Shown here piece by piece: positions 30,654 through 41,097 of a stretch of DNA of 64,000 bases; position 1 is the stretch's first letter; every line of letters starts with the position of its first letter. A program made the position numbers and the translations under genes. Origin of the DNA: an uncultured Gemmatimonadaceae bacterium. GTDB lineage: Bacteria; Gemmatimonadota; Gemmatimonadetes; Gemmatimonadales; Gemmatimonadaceae. The notes under the pieces were generated by a model. It was not told the DNA's origin. It saw nothing but the letters and a program-made list of their open reading frames with translations, and did no database searches. Where the stretch lies: positions 672,001-736,000 of the forward strand of contig CAWHHI010000016.1 in the NCBI GenBank assembly GCA_963829055.1. The letters run 5' to 3'.

Positions 30654-32513
30654 TTACGCACCGTCACCCTCGGCCACCCTGTTGACCGCGCCGCGCCGCG
30701 ACGCCGTTCGGCGCCAGCCACGACGCGCGAGCCGAAGCCGTGCGCCCAGACGCGTGGTCGACTCCCGGGTGTGATCCTCCTCGGCCGTGCGCTGCCACGC
30801 GCGCGCGAGACCCTTCCAGTCGAGCAGGCCAATCATTCGCGTCGGGTCATCGCGATCGACGACAGGAAGGCGACTGATTCGCCTCGCCAGCATGAGGCCG
30901 ACAGCTTCCTCGAGCAACGCGTCGGCGTGGGCAACTATCGCCGGTGCGCTGCCCGCGTCGAGTACACTCAGCGTGTCGCCATCCTCACGGTCGGCCGAGG
31001 CGATGAGGTCACGGCGCGTGATGATCCCCAGCAGTGCACCAGCAGCGTCGACAATCGGCCAGGCCTGATGCGGGGCCAGCACCGGGTCGTCGTTCGCCAG
31101 GCGCCGGAGCAGCCCGTCGGCAGGCATGCTCGCCGGAATGGTCGGCACGTCGCGCTCCATCACGTCCGCCACTCGAAAGCGCGACAGCGGGCTCACAGCG
31201 TATTCACGGGCAATGTGGTAGCCCCGGCGCGCAACCTTCTCCGTCAGTATCGAGCGCCGCATCACCAGCACGGTGAAGCCGTGCGCCGCGACGCACGCGA
31301 GGAAGAGCGCCGGAACGACGGATAGGTCGTGTGTAAGCTCGAGCAGGAACACCGCGGCGGTGAGCGGCGACCGCATCGTCCCGGCGAGCATCGCCGCCAT
31401 GCCAACGGCCGCCCAGAGACTCGTGTCGCCAACCGGGATGACCGCGCTTCCGATCGCGCCTAACGCGCCACCCATGATCAAGAGCGGCGCGAGCACGCCA
31501 CCCGACGTCCCCGAACCGAGCGCGACGGCCCAGATGACCGTCTTCACGGCCATCAGTCGGACGGCTGCGAGCCCCGCGAGCTGTCCCGCGAGCAGCGCGC
31601 CAATCGTATCGTAGCCGACTCCGAGCGCCTTCGGTGCAATCAGGCCGCCGATCCCCACCGCGAAGCCACCGATTGCCGGCCACCACATTGGATCGAGCGG
31701 CAGTTTGCCGAAAGCGTCCTCGCAGGCGTAGACGAGCAACGTCGCCAGCGCGGATACACCTCCGGCACACAGGCCCAGCGCAAACGCAGCGGCCAGCACC
31801 TGCCACGAGGGCGACAGATGCGGCGCCACGGTGAACAGCGGACCGCCGCCGAGGAGCGGCACACGACACGCGCCCGCAACGATCGCCGCAACGGCCACTG
31901 GGATGAAACTCCGGGGCTTCCACTCGAAGAGTAAAAGCTCGACCGCGAGCAACACCGCGGCGATAGGTGTCGCGAAGATTGCGGCCATGCCTGCCGCCGC
32001 ACCCGCAACGAGCAGTGTCTTTCGTTCCGCAGCGGAGAGATGAAAGCCCTGCGCGAAGAGGGAGCCAACCGCCCCGCCAGTCATCACGATTGGGCCTTCG
32101 GCGCCGAACGGACCACCTGTGCCAATCGCGATCGCCGACGACAACGGCTTGAGCACAGCAACCTTCGCCGACATGCGGCTGCGGCCAATCAGGATTGCCT
32201 CGAGCGCCTCGGGAATCCCGTGCCCGCGGATCTTCTCCGACCCGTAACGCGCCATGAGCCCGATGACGAGCCCACCGACAACTGGCACGATTACACCGAT
32301 GACGCCGAGGGTGCTCATGGCGGGCGAGACGAGCGCGCTCGAATACCGGTGATACCAGATGAGATTCGTTGCGACCCCAATGAGCCACACGAGCGCGTAG
32401 GCTACGAACGAACTCATGACGCCGACGACGACCGCCATCACCGCCATCACCAGGAGTCGGGAATTGGTGGTGAAGTCGGCGAGGCGGTCGTCGTGTCTGG
32501 GGATCACGACCAA
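30654..32513 (-). CDS. ClC chloride channel/transporter with CBS domains
   Basis: GHGIPE, GAEGP, GGVLAP; two C-terminal CBS domains. Confidence 0.93.
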   Translation of the reverse strand: MVVIPRHDDRLADFTTNSRLLVMAVMAVVVGVMSSFVAYALVWLIGVATNLIWYHRYSSALVSPAMSTLGVIGVIVPVVGGLVIGLMARYGSEKIRGHGIPEALEAILIGRSRMSAKVAVLKPLSSAIAIGTGGPFGAEGPIVMTGGAVGSLFAQGFHLSAAERKTLLVAGAAAGMAAIFATPIAAVLLAVELLLFEWKPRSFIPVAVAAIVAGACRVPLLGGGPLFTVAPHLSPSWQVLAAAFALGLCAGGVSALATLLVYACEDAFGKLPLDPMWWPAIGGFAVGIGGLIAPKALGVGYDTIGALLAGQLAGLAAVRLMAVKTVIWAVALGSGTSGGVLAPLLIMGGALGAIGSAVIPVGDTSLWAAVGMAAMLAGTMRSPLTAAVFLLELTHDLSVVPALFLACVAAHGFTVLVMRRSILTEKVARRGYHIAREYAVSPLSRFRVADVMERDVPTIPASMPADGLLRRLANDDPVLAPHQAWPIVDAAGALLGIITRRDLIASADREDGDTLSVLDAGSAPAIVAHADALLEEAVGLMLARRISRLPVVDRDDPTRMIGLLDWKGLARAWQRTAEEDHTRESTTRLGARLRLARRGWRRTASRRGAVNRVAEGDGA

Positions 32514-32593
32514 GCATCACATGCCGCCGGCGCTCGATCAATGAGTCGTTCATCTCGCGGAATGGGACGAATCGCTCATGTGGCGCCGCATGA

Positions 32594-33241
32594 TCAGATG
32601 AGATTTCGCTTGATCGCGTGCGTCACAGCTTCGAGGCGGCTGTGCGTGCGCAGCTTCTTGTTGATGTGGTGCAGGTGATTGCGCAGTGTATGCGCGGAGA
32701 TGTCGAGCGTGCGAGCGACGGCGGCGGGCGTGCTTCCCTGCGCGAACATTCGGAGGATGCGCTGCTCCTGTGGCGTCAGCGGCGAGACCGGTGCGGGGCG
32801 GCCCGTTTCCGAGCCGAGCGCTCGCAGACGGTCGGCCGCCGCCAGCATTCGCTCGACGAGGTGCTCGCGTGCTCGGCGGAGGTGAATATCCTGCGCGATG
32901 AATATCACCAGTCGCGTGCTCGACCGCGCCGGTGCGTGCACGAGCGTCGAGATACTGACCCAGCGGCGGCGCCCATCGCGCGAGCGGATCTCCGCGTCGA
33001 ACGCCGGCAGCGTGTGGCCGGTGAGTGCCATCTCGCACAACTCGCGGCCGATCGACGTCCCGAGCGCACCGCGAGCATCCAGCACCTTCATCCACTCCGC
33101 CCCGATGATATCGACGGCGCTCCAGCCGAACAGTGTGGAGGCCGCGCTGTTCCAGGTTCGCACGATTCCGCGACTGTCGATCGCGAATGCCGCGTCGGCA
33201 GTGGAATCGAGGAGTTGAGCTATTCCGTCGGGGCGGGTCAT
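32594..33241 (-). CDS. PAS-domain LuxR-type transcriptional regulator
   Basis: PAS (AFAIDSRG..WNSAA..LFGW); HTH LTPQEQRIL...ISAHTLRNHLHHINKKL. Confidence 0.9.
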   Translation of the reverse strand: MTRPDGIAQLLDSTADAAFAIDSRGIVRTWNSAASTLFGWSAVDIIGAEWMKVLDARGALGTSIGRELCEMALTGHTLPAFDAEIRSRDGRRRWVSISTLVHAPARSSTRLVIFIAQDIHLRRAREHLVERMLAAADRLRALGSETGRPAPVSPLTPQEQRILRMFAQGSTPAAVARTLDISAHTLRNHLHHINKKLRTHSRLEAVTHAIKRNLI

Positions 33242-33271
33242 GGCCTCGAGCGCACGGTCGAAGGGTGCACG

Positions 33272-34201
33272 TTAGGCGGAGCATAGTACCTGAGGTCGAT
33301 CTGTACAGCGGCCAGGTGATTCGAGGCATCGTACCACCTCGGCGGAGTGAGGCACGACGACCACGGAGCAATTCGCAGTTCTCGCGAGCATGTGCGCGAC
33401 ATCATCGTCATCCGTGGATGCGGGTACGCAACTACCAATGACAATAACGTCCGCGCTCAGCTTTCGAGCGACATCGATGATCATCCGCACTTGCTCACGC
33501 TTCGCTACCGCGTCGCGTCTCTCGACAGGGATACTCGTCTGCCGAGTTGGATACTCGACGCTCGCGAGTGAACCGACTGATGTCCTGTCCGCCAGGCGTA
33601 GCGACTGAACCCGAGCTGTGCAGGACGCCGCGACCATCTGCGCCACGGTGAGAACCGGTCCCGCAACGTCGCCGGCGAGAGCAGCGAGAACGGTCGTAGG
33701 CGCCGCCCGGACGTTGCGCGCAACGAGTCCCGGGCGAGCCAGTCGTCGCAGTAAACGGTGGGTCGTTGCGGTCTCGTGGCGCGGCGCCGCGCGAGACACG
33801 GCGTTCCCGCCAACGACGACGAGATCCGCCGCGACCATATCGGCGTACGCGGCTAGCTGCAGTGCCGGGTCCCCAACTCGTACCTCGACCCTGGTGTCGG
33901 TGCCGCCGACTACTCCCGACAGTCCGTGCAGCGCACCGCGCAGTGACTCGATGCGCCCTTGCAGTCGGCTTTCAAGGTCGGGTATCCGAGCCGAATGCAG
34001 CCGCGATACGTTAGGCGACGGCGGTGGCTCGACTACGTGAACGAGCGTGAGCGCTGCGTCACGTGCGAGATGGCGCCTCACCCACTGAGCGGCGGCTAGC
34101 GACACCTCAGAAAAATCGACGCCGACAACGATGCGATCGAGTGGCCGAGCGGTAACGTCTTGCTGGAATGCGTCTTTCCCGTGCGCGATTGCTGAGAGCA
34201 T
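33272..34201 (-). CDS. Universal stress protein (tandem domains)
   Basis: RIVVGVDFSEVS, LVHVV, GDPA, ADLVVVG; AGGAG SD. Confidence 0.8.
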   Translation of the reverse strand: MLSAIAHGKDAFQQDVTARPLDRIVVGVDFSEVSLAAAQWVRRHLARDAALTLVHVVEPPPSPNVSRLHSARIPDLESRLQGRIESLRGALHGLSGVVGGTDTRVEVRVGDPALQLAAYADMVAADLVVVGGNAVSRAAPRHETATTHRLLRRLARPGLVARNVRAAPTTVLAALAGDVAGPVLTVAQMVAASCTARVQSLRLADRTSVGSLASVEYPTRQTSIPVERRDAVAKREQVRMIIDVARKLSADVIVIGSCVPASTDDDDVAHMLARTANCSVVVVPHSAEVVRCLESPGRCTDRPQVLCSA

Positions 34202-34244
34202 GGCATTGTCTCCTGCCGTTAGGCACAACGGTTGAATTCCGTCT

Positions 34245-35552
34245 CTATGCGTACACACCGCGCAGCTCGTGCACCGCTGCCACGCGGCTCATCGCGAGCA
34301 TATAGGCGGCGGTGCGCATGCTCACCTGACGGGTCCGCGACAGCTCGTGCACTTCGCGGAAGCTCCGGACCATGGTTTCTTCGAGACGTTCGTTAACGAC
34401 CGTCTCCGTCCACGCGTATCCCGCACGGTTCTGCACCCACTCGAAGTACGACACCGTGACGCCTCCCGCGTTGGCGAGGATGTCCGGGATGACGAAGACC
34501 CCGTTCTCTTCCAGGATCGGATCGGCCGCAGCCGTGGTCGGGCCGTTCGCACCTTCGCAGATGATCTTTGCGCGAACGCGCGCCGCGTTCTTCGTCGTGA
34601 TCACGTTCTCGAGCGCCGCGGGCACGAGCACGTCGACGTCCAGCGTGAGCAGCTCGTCGTTCGTGATCGACGTGCCTTTGACATAGCCCTCGAGCGTCCC
34701 GTGTCTCCGCACCCACGCGGCGGCTTCGACAACATTGATCCCCCGCGCGTCGTACAGCGCGCCGGTTCGGTCGCCGATCGCAACGACACGAGCGCCCGCC
34801 CGCGATAGCTGCAGTGCGGCAACAGAACCCACGTTGCCGAACCCCTGCACTGCGACGGTCGCGCGCATCAACGACATGCCCCGCGCGCTGAGCGCCTCGC
34901 GCGTCGCGATCATGCAGCCGCGCCCGGTCGCCTCCCGCCGCCCGAGCGAGCCGCCCAGCGCCACCGGCTTGCCGGTCACGACCGCGGGGACGCTATGCCC
35001 CACGTGCATCGAGTAGGTGTCCATCACCCACGCCATCACGCGCTCGTTCGTGTTCACGTCTGGCGCGGGGACATCCGAGTCGGGGCCGAGCCCGTCGATG
35101 ATGGCGGACGTGTAGCGACGCGTTAGGCGCTCGAGCTCGCCCGGCGACATCGAGAACGGGTCGCACAACACGCCACCCTTCGCGCCGCCGAACGGCACAT
35201 CGACTACGGCACACTTCCAGGTCATCCAGGCTGCCAGCGCCGACACCTCATCGAGCGAGACGCGGGTGTCGAACCGGATGCCGCCCTTCCCCGGACCTCG
35301 CGCGGTGTTGTGCACCACGCGATGGCCGGTGAACACCTCGATCTCGCCGCTGTCCATTCGAACCGGAATCGCGACGGTGAGCTGCCGCTCGGGCTGGCGG
35401 AGTATCCGGTAGATGCCCGGATCCAGCTCGATCTCGGCTGCAGCGCGATCGAGCCGGGCCGCCATCGCGTCGAATGGATTCTCCTCGTGCGCGACGGAGT
35501 ACGTGGCGGGGAGTTCAGTCCTGCGACCGCGCACGAGCGTGTTCGTCGTCAT
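34245..35552 (-). CDS. gdhA: Glu/Leu/Phe/Val dehydrogenase, probably glutamate dehydrogenase
   Basis: GPGKGGIRF, FGGAKGG, DVPAPDVNT, QGFGNVG, EGANGP, ANAGGVTVSYFEWVQN. Confidence 0.93.
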   Translation of the reverse strand: MTTNTLVRGRRTELPATYSVAHEENPFDAMAARLDRAAAEIELDPGIYRILRQPERQLTVAIPVRMDSGEIEVFTGHRVVHNTARGPGKGGIRFDTRVSLDEVSALAAWMTWKCAVVDVPFGGAKGGVLCDPFSMSPGELERLTRRYTSAIIDGLGPDSDVPAPDVNTNERVMAWVMDTYSMHVGHSVPAVVTGKPVALGGSLGRREATGRGCMIATREALSARGMSLMRATVAVQGFGNVGSVAALQLSRAGARVVAIGDRTGALYDARGINVVEAAAWVRRHGTLEGYVKGTSITNDELLTLDVDVLVPAALENVITTKNAARVRAKIICEGANGPTTAAADPILEENGVFVIPDILANAGGVTVSYFEWVQNRAGYAWTETVVNERLEETMVRSFREVHELSRTRQVSMRTAAYMLAMSRVAAVHELRGVYA

Positions 35553-35757
35553 AATGATCTCCAACGTGACGGGTAAGGTGAATCGCGTCAGCGAGGAGAG
35601 AGATGGCCGGCGGGAATGTGCAGAAGGGCCCGGTAGTGGGAGTCGCGTGTCGCACCCGGGTCGTTACACACCGCGCCGGCGCCTCGCTTGGGTCGCGTGA
35701 CGCCATGATCAATCCATGAGCGATTGCGACCGGCCATGCGGCTGGCACCGATGCACG

Positions 35758-35790
35758 ACGCCCCACCTGCGTTAGGCGCGGGTGGGGCGT
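35758..35790. other. 14-bp stem hairpin with TTAGG loop
   Basis: ACGCCCCACCTGCG-TTAGG-CGCGGGTGGGGCGT, one T:G pair. Confidence 0.6.
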
Positions 35791-36481
35791 TCGGGTGTGA
35801 CCCGTAACCGAGGCGGGCTACGCCGTCGAGCAGCGCTCCCGTCCACCCATCCCGCGTGGGCTCGTCGTGGCCGGCACGGACATCCGAGTTCCTCGGAGGT
35901 CCGCCGCACCACCGGCGCGTTGCAGGCGCTTGGCCGACACACGCGTGAGCCGCGCCCCCCGATTCGCACTCCAGCCGCGCTCCAATCTCTCAGGCGGGCA
36001 CAACCCGATCGGACGGCAGGCCATCGCTCGGCCGCCACCGGAAGTCGCGTCGGCGTGCACATCGTGCGCGCGAAGTGGAGAGAATGAGATCGGCATCATC
36101 ACAGAGTTGAACCCTCGTCGCGAAGATTAGTTCCCGGTCGTCACCGCGATAGCATTGCCGCCGCCGTCGTTGCGTCCGCTATGGATACTGATATGGGCGA
36201 AGTACCGATCGTCACGGCTGGCACGTGTGTTCGGCGCGTCTGACGTTACGGATCGGATCCGACGTCGACATCGGGATGTTTCGCTGTGCCCATCGCATCC
36301 GCAGTCAAGACGCGTAGGACAAACGCCGACACGGGTCGCGGGATGATCCGACAGACGGGGCAAGAAGCCCGGCATAGTTTGATCGCACGATGAGACGTGC
36401 TTGGCGGCGCGCGTGCCCGTACGTCCTGCCAGATGTCAGCGACGCCGGAGGTTTCAAATGGTTGCTCTGTCTGAACGATCG

Positions 36482-36943
36482 ATGGCCGACCGATGCATTG
36501 GGGTGTCGGCGGAACCCGGATGCGCGAAAGAGCATCTGGTCCGTCGCGGTCCAGTGGTTCTCGCCATCGACGGAGCGGAACGCGGCGGGTCAGCCGTCGT
36601 CGCGGCCCGGATGATCGCGGCACGGCTCGACCTCCCGCTCGAGGTCATCACCGTCCTCGAGCCGACACCGATGTCGGCGGCGACACTGGACGTCGGGGCG
36701 CGTGGTGATCCCGCCCACGACGACGCCCGCCGGCAGACGCGCGAGATCGCCATCACCGATTATGTGTGCCGCTTCTCGGGCGGCGACACGCCTCCCCGTG
36801 TTCACGTACGCGTCGGCAACGTCTCGGATGAGATCACGCGCTTCGCGCGCGCGGTATCCGCGACGACCGTCGTGCTGGGCAACGGCCTGACGGCGACACC
36901 GTCCGAGCTCGCCATCGGTCATCGGGTGCCGAACTTGCGTTAG
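36482..36943 (+). CDS. Single-domain, possibly truncated universal stress protein
   Basis: GPVVLAIDG, LEVITVLEP, VRVGNVSDEI..FA; C-terminal GS motif missing. Confidence 0.65.
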   Translation: MADRCIGVSAEPGCAKEHLVRRGPVVLAIDGAERGGSAVVAARMIAARLDLPLEVITVLEPTPMSAATLDVGARGDPAHDDARRQTREIAITDYVCRFSGGDTPPRVHVRVGNVSDEITRFARAVSATTVVLGNGLTATPSELAIGHRVPNLR

Positions 36944-37162
36944 GCGCGGACGGCTGGTGTCGACAGCGTTGCGGGTGAGCCCGCGCATCCGCGTGTGGCG
37001 CCACCTCTTCGCGTTGGCCGCTTGAACGCGAGTCCGTCCGACCGAGCGCCCCAGCCCGAGAGGGTTGGCGTGACGTGGCCGACGATTTTCGAGACGCTGG
37101 CTCGTGCTCGTAGGGCATTCGATCACCAGCACGACGCAATGTCAGTCATCGGGGATGCAATC

Positions 37163-37348
37163 ATGACGAAAGACGAACGGCCTGATGTCGCGCGACAACC
37201 GCTCGAATCGCCTTCACGCGAGCCCTCTGCTCTTCGTTCGTGGCATTCCGACTCGCTTGACGACGTCGAGGAAGCATCGCTGGATAGCTTTCCGGCGAGT
37301 GACCCGCCAACGTGGTCTTCAATGCGCGCTGGACCTCCGCGCAACTGA
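37163..37348 (+). CDS. Small protein with SFPASDPP motif
   Basis: DDVEEASLDSFPASDPPTW. Confidence 0.75.
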   Translation: MTKDERPDVARQPLESPSREPSALRSWHSDSLDDVEEASLDSFPASDPPTWSSMRAGPPRN

Positions 37349-37759
37349 GTCGACAGACGTTAGGTAGCCGAGTTGCATACGCGGTTCGTTCGGCGATCGT
37401 TGCTGAGGCGTGAGTGCCTGTCCAACCCCAGTGGCCGGTGACTGCTGCCCATCCATGTTGGAGCTCCGATGAAACGACTCATGCCTAACGCCAACCGACG
37501 ATTGGCTTACGGCCGCGTGACTCGGCTCGCGGCGGGGTGCGTCACCGAGCGAGACGCGGGCGCCTGGGCGTCCGTCCAGGCGCATCACGCCTACCGAGGA
37601 GCGCAGAAAGGAGCGCAGCCATTCGAATCATGAGTGGCTGACCGCACCTACGTCGGCACTGGGCATCGTCCATCGCCCCGTCTGCGCTCGAAGCGCAGAC
37701 GGGGCGATGTGTTTCCACGGGATTACCAGTTCCTCTACGGATTGTAAAAGGAGGCTACC

Positions 37760-38200
37760 ATGTCATTCAGCGTTTTCGACCGCGGCGACGGCCGCTTCGA
37801 ACTCATGCGCAGCGACGCCGAGATCGGCTGGATCGCAGACCGCGCGATCGGCTTTGGCGGCTTCGAAAATCGAGCAACGGCCCATCGCGCAGCTACCATC
37901 GCGTACAAAGCGCTCACCGGCTGGCTCGCGCGCCAGCGCCGCATCGACGCCGCGCCTCAAAATGCGCGTGCGCTGCGCGTGCGACGCAAAGGCGCGGTCG
38001 ATCAGCTCACGCTCGGCGACGTCTCAGTCGGACGACTCTTGCCGCACAGCGCCCATTTGAATGGAGCTAGTGAGTACGCGTTCGAGTTACTCCTGCCGCC
38101 GCGGGTGGGAGCGTCAGTCGGTGGCGCGCAGATCATGTACCTCGCACTCATGCGCCACGGCCTGATCCGAGAACGGACGAGCGAAGTCCAACCCGCCTGA
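37760..38200 (+). CDS. Hypothetical protein, divergent paralog 1 of a three-member family
   Basis: AAGGAGG SD; IGWIADRAIGFGGF...AHRAA, YAFELLLP, shared with 43710-44277 and 55200-55871. Confidence 0.85.
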   Translation: MSFSVFDRGDGRFELMRSDAEIGWIADRAIGFGGFENRATAHRAATIAYKALTGWLARQRRIDAAPQNARALRVRRKGAVDQLTLGDVSVGRLLPHSAHLNGASEYAFELLLPPRVGASVGGAQIMYLALMRHGLIRERTSEVQPA

Positions 38201-38325
38201 TGAATCGCACGCTCACCACCTCATCGCTCGAGCGCGGCCGGTAATTCAACGTCGAGGTGCTTGGTCGGTGCGAGGCCGAGGGAGAACGACTCGGTCGGCC
38301 TCGCTCCGCATCGAGAGCGGTCTTG

Positions 38326-39087
38326 TCATTTCCGGATCAAATCCAGCGACAGCGCCAGTCGCACGTATTCCGTGCGATGCGTGATGCCGAGTTTGTGCTC
38401 GATTCGTTGCTTGTACGTGTCGATTGTTTTGGGACTGATCCCGAGTTGCTGCCCGATCTCCACGCCGCTGTACCCTTCGGCCATGAGACGCACGACCGCC
38501 TGCTCGCGATCGCTCAGCGATTCGAACGCCTGACGACGAACGTCCGGAGCGCCGCGACGCCGCATGGACCCCGCGAGCAGCCTCGCGACGTGCGGCCGCA
38601 CGTAGATATCACCCGACGCCACCACGCGGATCGCCGTCACGAGATCCCGGCCCGCCGCTTCCTTCGACAGATATCCAGTCGCCCCGTCCTCGAGCAGCGG
38701 GATCAACTGGTCTTCTTCAGCATGCATGCTCAGAATGAGCACCTTGGGCGCGCGCGCCATTGCGCAGAGCGCCCGCGTCGCTGTCGCTCCATTGCCGCCC
38801 GGCATGTCCAGGTCGAGCACCACCACGTCGGGCAACAGGCGCTCGGCCAACTCGACCGCCTCGAGACCGTTCGAGCCATTGCCCACAACCGTAATGTCGG
38901 GGATGGTAGCGAGTAGTGCTTTGAGGCCCACACGAAGGACGGCGTGGTCGTCGACGAGGAGCACACGAATTGGCGTCTCGCGCGGCGCGACTCCGCGGCG
39001 CATGTAGGGTTGCGCGGCGAGCGCCGTGCCGACGGCGTGCAGCGGGTCGACCGACTCCGAATCCGATGTGGGGCGGAAGAGTGACAT
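38326..39087 (-). CDS. NarL/FixJ family response regulator
   Basis: VLLVDDH, PDVVVLDLDMP, GYLSK, LSDREQAV..ISPKTIDTYK; start uncertain (39087 or 39003). Confidence 0.93.
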   Translation of the reverse strand: MSLFRPTSDSESVDPLHAVGTALAAQPYMRRGVAPRETPIRVLLVDDHAVLRVGLKALLATIPDITVVGNGSNGLEAVELAERLLPDVVVLDLDMPGGNGATATRALCAMARAPKVLILSMHAEEDQLIPLLEDGATGYLSKEAAGRDLVTAIRVVASGDIYVRPHVARLLAGSMRRRGAPDVRRQAFESLSDREQAVVRLMAEGYSGVEIGQQLGISPKTIDTYKQRIEHKLGITHRTEYVRLALSLDLIRK

Positions 39088-39169
39088 GAGAACCTTTGAC
39101 GAAACTGTAGCACAACGCAGATCCGCTGAGTGGAGCTCCGCGCGACTGCGTCTCGGTGCACAGGCAGTG

Positions 39170-40411
39170 TCACGACCGCTCTGGGAGGACCAGGGTAAAC
39201 GTACTGCCGCGGCCCGGCTGACTTTCAACCTCGATGCGCCCGCCATGCCCTTCGGCGATCCCGTGTGCGATCACGAGGCCCAGCCCAGCCCCGCCTCGAC
39301 CCGATTCGTGCGCCTGCCAGAATCGGTCGAAGAGACGTGGAATGTTTTCGGTCGCGATTCCAACACCATTGTCTTCTACCCGAAATCGAACTGAATTGCC
39401 GTCGCGATTCACGGCAAGTGTCACTTTGCCGCCGCGTGGAGTGAACTTGATGGCGTTGCCGACGAGGTTGCCCACCGCCTGAACGACGCGGTCGACATCG
39501 GCATCGACCCAGAGCGCCGTTCCGACGGGCTCGACGACCAGCGTCACACCAGCAGTCGCCGCGGATGACGCGAACATGGAGCAGATCACCTCCGTGATCG
39601 CCTGAACGATCATCGGCTCTGGGTGGATCGTTAGGCGGCCGGCCTCGATCGCGGTGACGTCGAGCAGATCGCGGATGATTCGGAGCGCCCATTCACTCGA
39701 ACGCACAATCGCGTTCGCCAGTACGGGCAGCTCGCCGCTGCCCTCGAGCAGGGCGTTTGCCGACATGGCAATCGCGCTCAGCGGGCTCCGAAGATCATGC
39801 GAAACCATCCCCAGCACTTCGTCTCGCACACGAGCGGCGCGCTCTGCCGCCGCCCGCGCCGCGCGCTCGCTCGCGAGCAGCGCCTCGCGCTCACGACGCA
39901 GGCAATGGCGGTCGATTGCGTGACTGACGGCGTGTCGTACGATCTCCGCGCCATCACGACCCTTGATCAGGTAGTCCTGGGCACCCGCCTTGACCGCCGC
40001 AACGGCAAGGCTATGGTCGGCAACGTGTGCCATGACCACGATGGGAGCATCGGGAGCAGCGACGCACAGTGACTCGACACCTTCCAGGCCACTGGCGCCG
40101 AGTTGCGACAGGTCGAGCATCACGACGTCGAATCGCTCGGAAGCCAGACGTTCGCACGCCCTTACAACTTGGTCTTCGCGTTCGACGATCGTCTCCGGCG
40201 GGTGTCCGCCCGGGGCCCTGAAGTGGGCTCCGATTGTCGCAGCGTCTTCCGGTGAGGCGATCATCAACACACGCATGACGCTCTTGACGTTAGGCGACGA
40301 CGTAGCCAGGACCGGAGACACCGGCGGAGTCGAGCGAGTGATAGCAGGCATGTCGTGTTCACCAGTCGTCGATGAGCCCGTTTGCGCTGAAGGGTCATGC
40401 CTTCCGCTCAT
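39170..40411 (-). CDS. Hybrid receiver-histidine kinase, cytoplasmic
   Basis: Receiver FDVVMLDL..GAQDYLIK; SHDLRSPL H-box; NLVGNAIKFT, DNGVGI, GAGLGL. Confidence 0.93.
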   Translation of the reverse strand: MSGRHDPSAQTGSSTTGEHDMPAITRSTPPVSPVLATSSPNVKSVMRVLMIASPEDAATIGAHFRAPGGHPPETIVEREDQVVRACERLASERFDVVMLDLSQLGASGLEGVESLCVAAPDAPIVVMAHVADHSLAVAAVKAGAQDYLIKGRDGAEIVRHAVSHAIDRHCLRREREALLASERAARAAAERAARVRDEVLGMVSHDLRSPLSAIAMSANALLEGSGELPVLANAIVRSSEWALRIIRDLLDVTAIEAGRLTIHPEPMIVQAITEVICSMFASSAATAGVTLVVEPVGTALWVDADVDRVVQAVGNLVGNAIKFTPRGGKVTLAVNRDGNSVRFRVEDNGVGIATENIPRLFDRFWQAHESGRGGAGLGLVIAHGIAEGHGGRIEVESQPGRGSTFTLVLPERS

Positions 40412-40724
40412 TCCAACGTCGTCAGCGTTTGTTGCAGCCGAGCGAAATGCGAGAAATGCCTACGTGCAAATCTCACTGCCAATCGCGCCAGGCGCCGTCA
40501 GCGTTTGTCCGACAACACGCCGTTGGAACATTGATGCACGGGAGATCTTCCGTCGGGCTTATCCCGGCAGAACCGCACGACCATCCGACATACACGTGGC
40601 CGCGAGGATGGTACCATGTCAGATGCGGACTTCGACGCTCGCGACCACGCGTCGGCGACGAGTCGTCCGCACGATATTCAGCCGATCCAGACGCTCCACG
40701 ACGCGAAAACAAAGGAGGGTCACA

Positions 40725-40997
40725 ATGCGGAAGAATGTGGAGTACGCCGTAGCGCGTCATAACGGTCCGATCTCGGTCTCGCTCGACGAAGCCGAGAATC
40801 TCCTCGAAGGTCGCAGGTTAACGGACCCACCAGATTGGGACACTGACGGTGGCACGCCAGCTCGAAAGAATTCGAGACATCATCGAACTGCCGCTGGTCA
40901 ACCGCGCAGCGGCTCGCGACAGCAAGCCTATGGAGCCGGCCGGCGCCTGCGCCGGCTGTTGAGTCGAGCGTGGCACTCTCTATTTCCGGACTCGTAG
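40725..40997 (+). CDS. Small hypothetical protein with WDTDGG motif
   Basis: AAGGAGG SD at 40712-40718 before ATG 40725. Confidence 0.55.
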   Translation: MRKNVEYAVARHNGPISVSLDEAENLLEGRRLTDPPDWDTDGGTPARKNSRHHRTAAGQPRSGSRQQAYGAGRRLRRLLSRAWHSLFPDS

Positions 40998-41097
40998 CGC
41001 AAGAAGAGATAGTGCGCAGCCTCCGCACAGAGAGTGGAGTATGAGACGTTTCGTAATTCCTGCCCTCGCCGCCGCGTTTTCCTTACGGTTACGCGGC

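Noticed and set aside
35600..36480. FNR/CRP boxes or a riboswitch between gdhA and the USP gene
   Set aside because: Only half-sites seen; no full TTGAT-N4-ATCAA or TGTGA-N6-TCACA and no recognisable riboswitch core.
37730..37752. Fourth MarR operator upstream of paralog 1
   Set aside because: TCCTCTAC-GGATT-GTAAAAGGA has different spacing and its right arm is the SD sequence.
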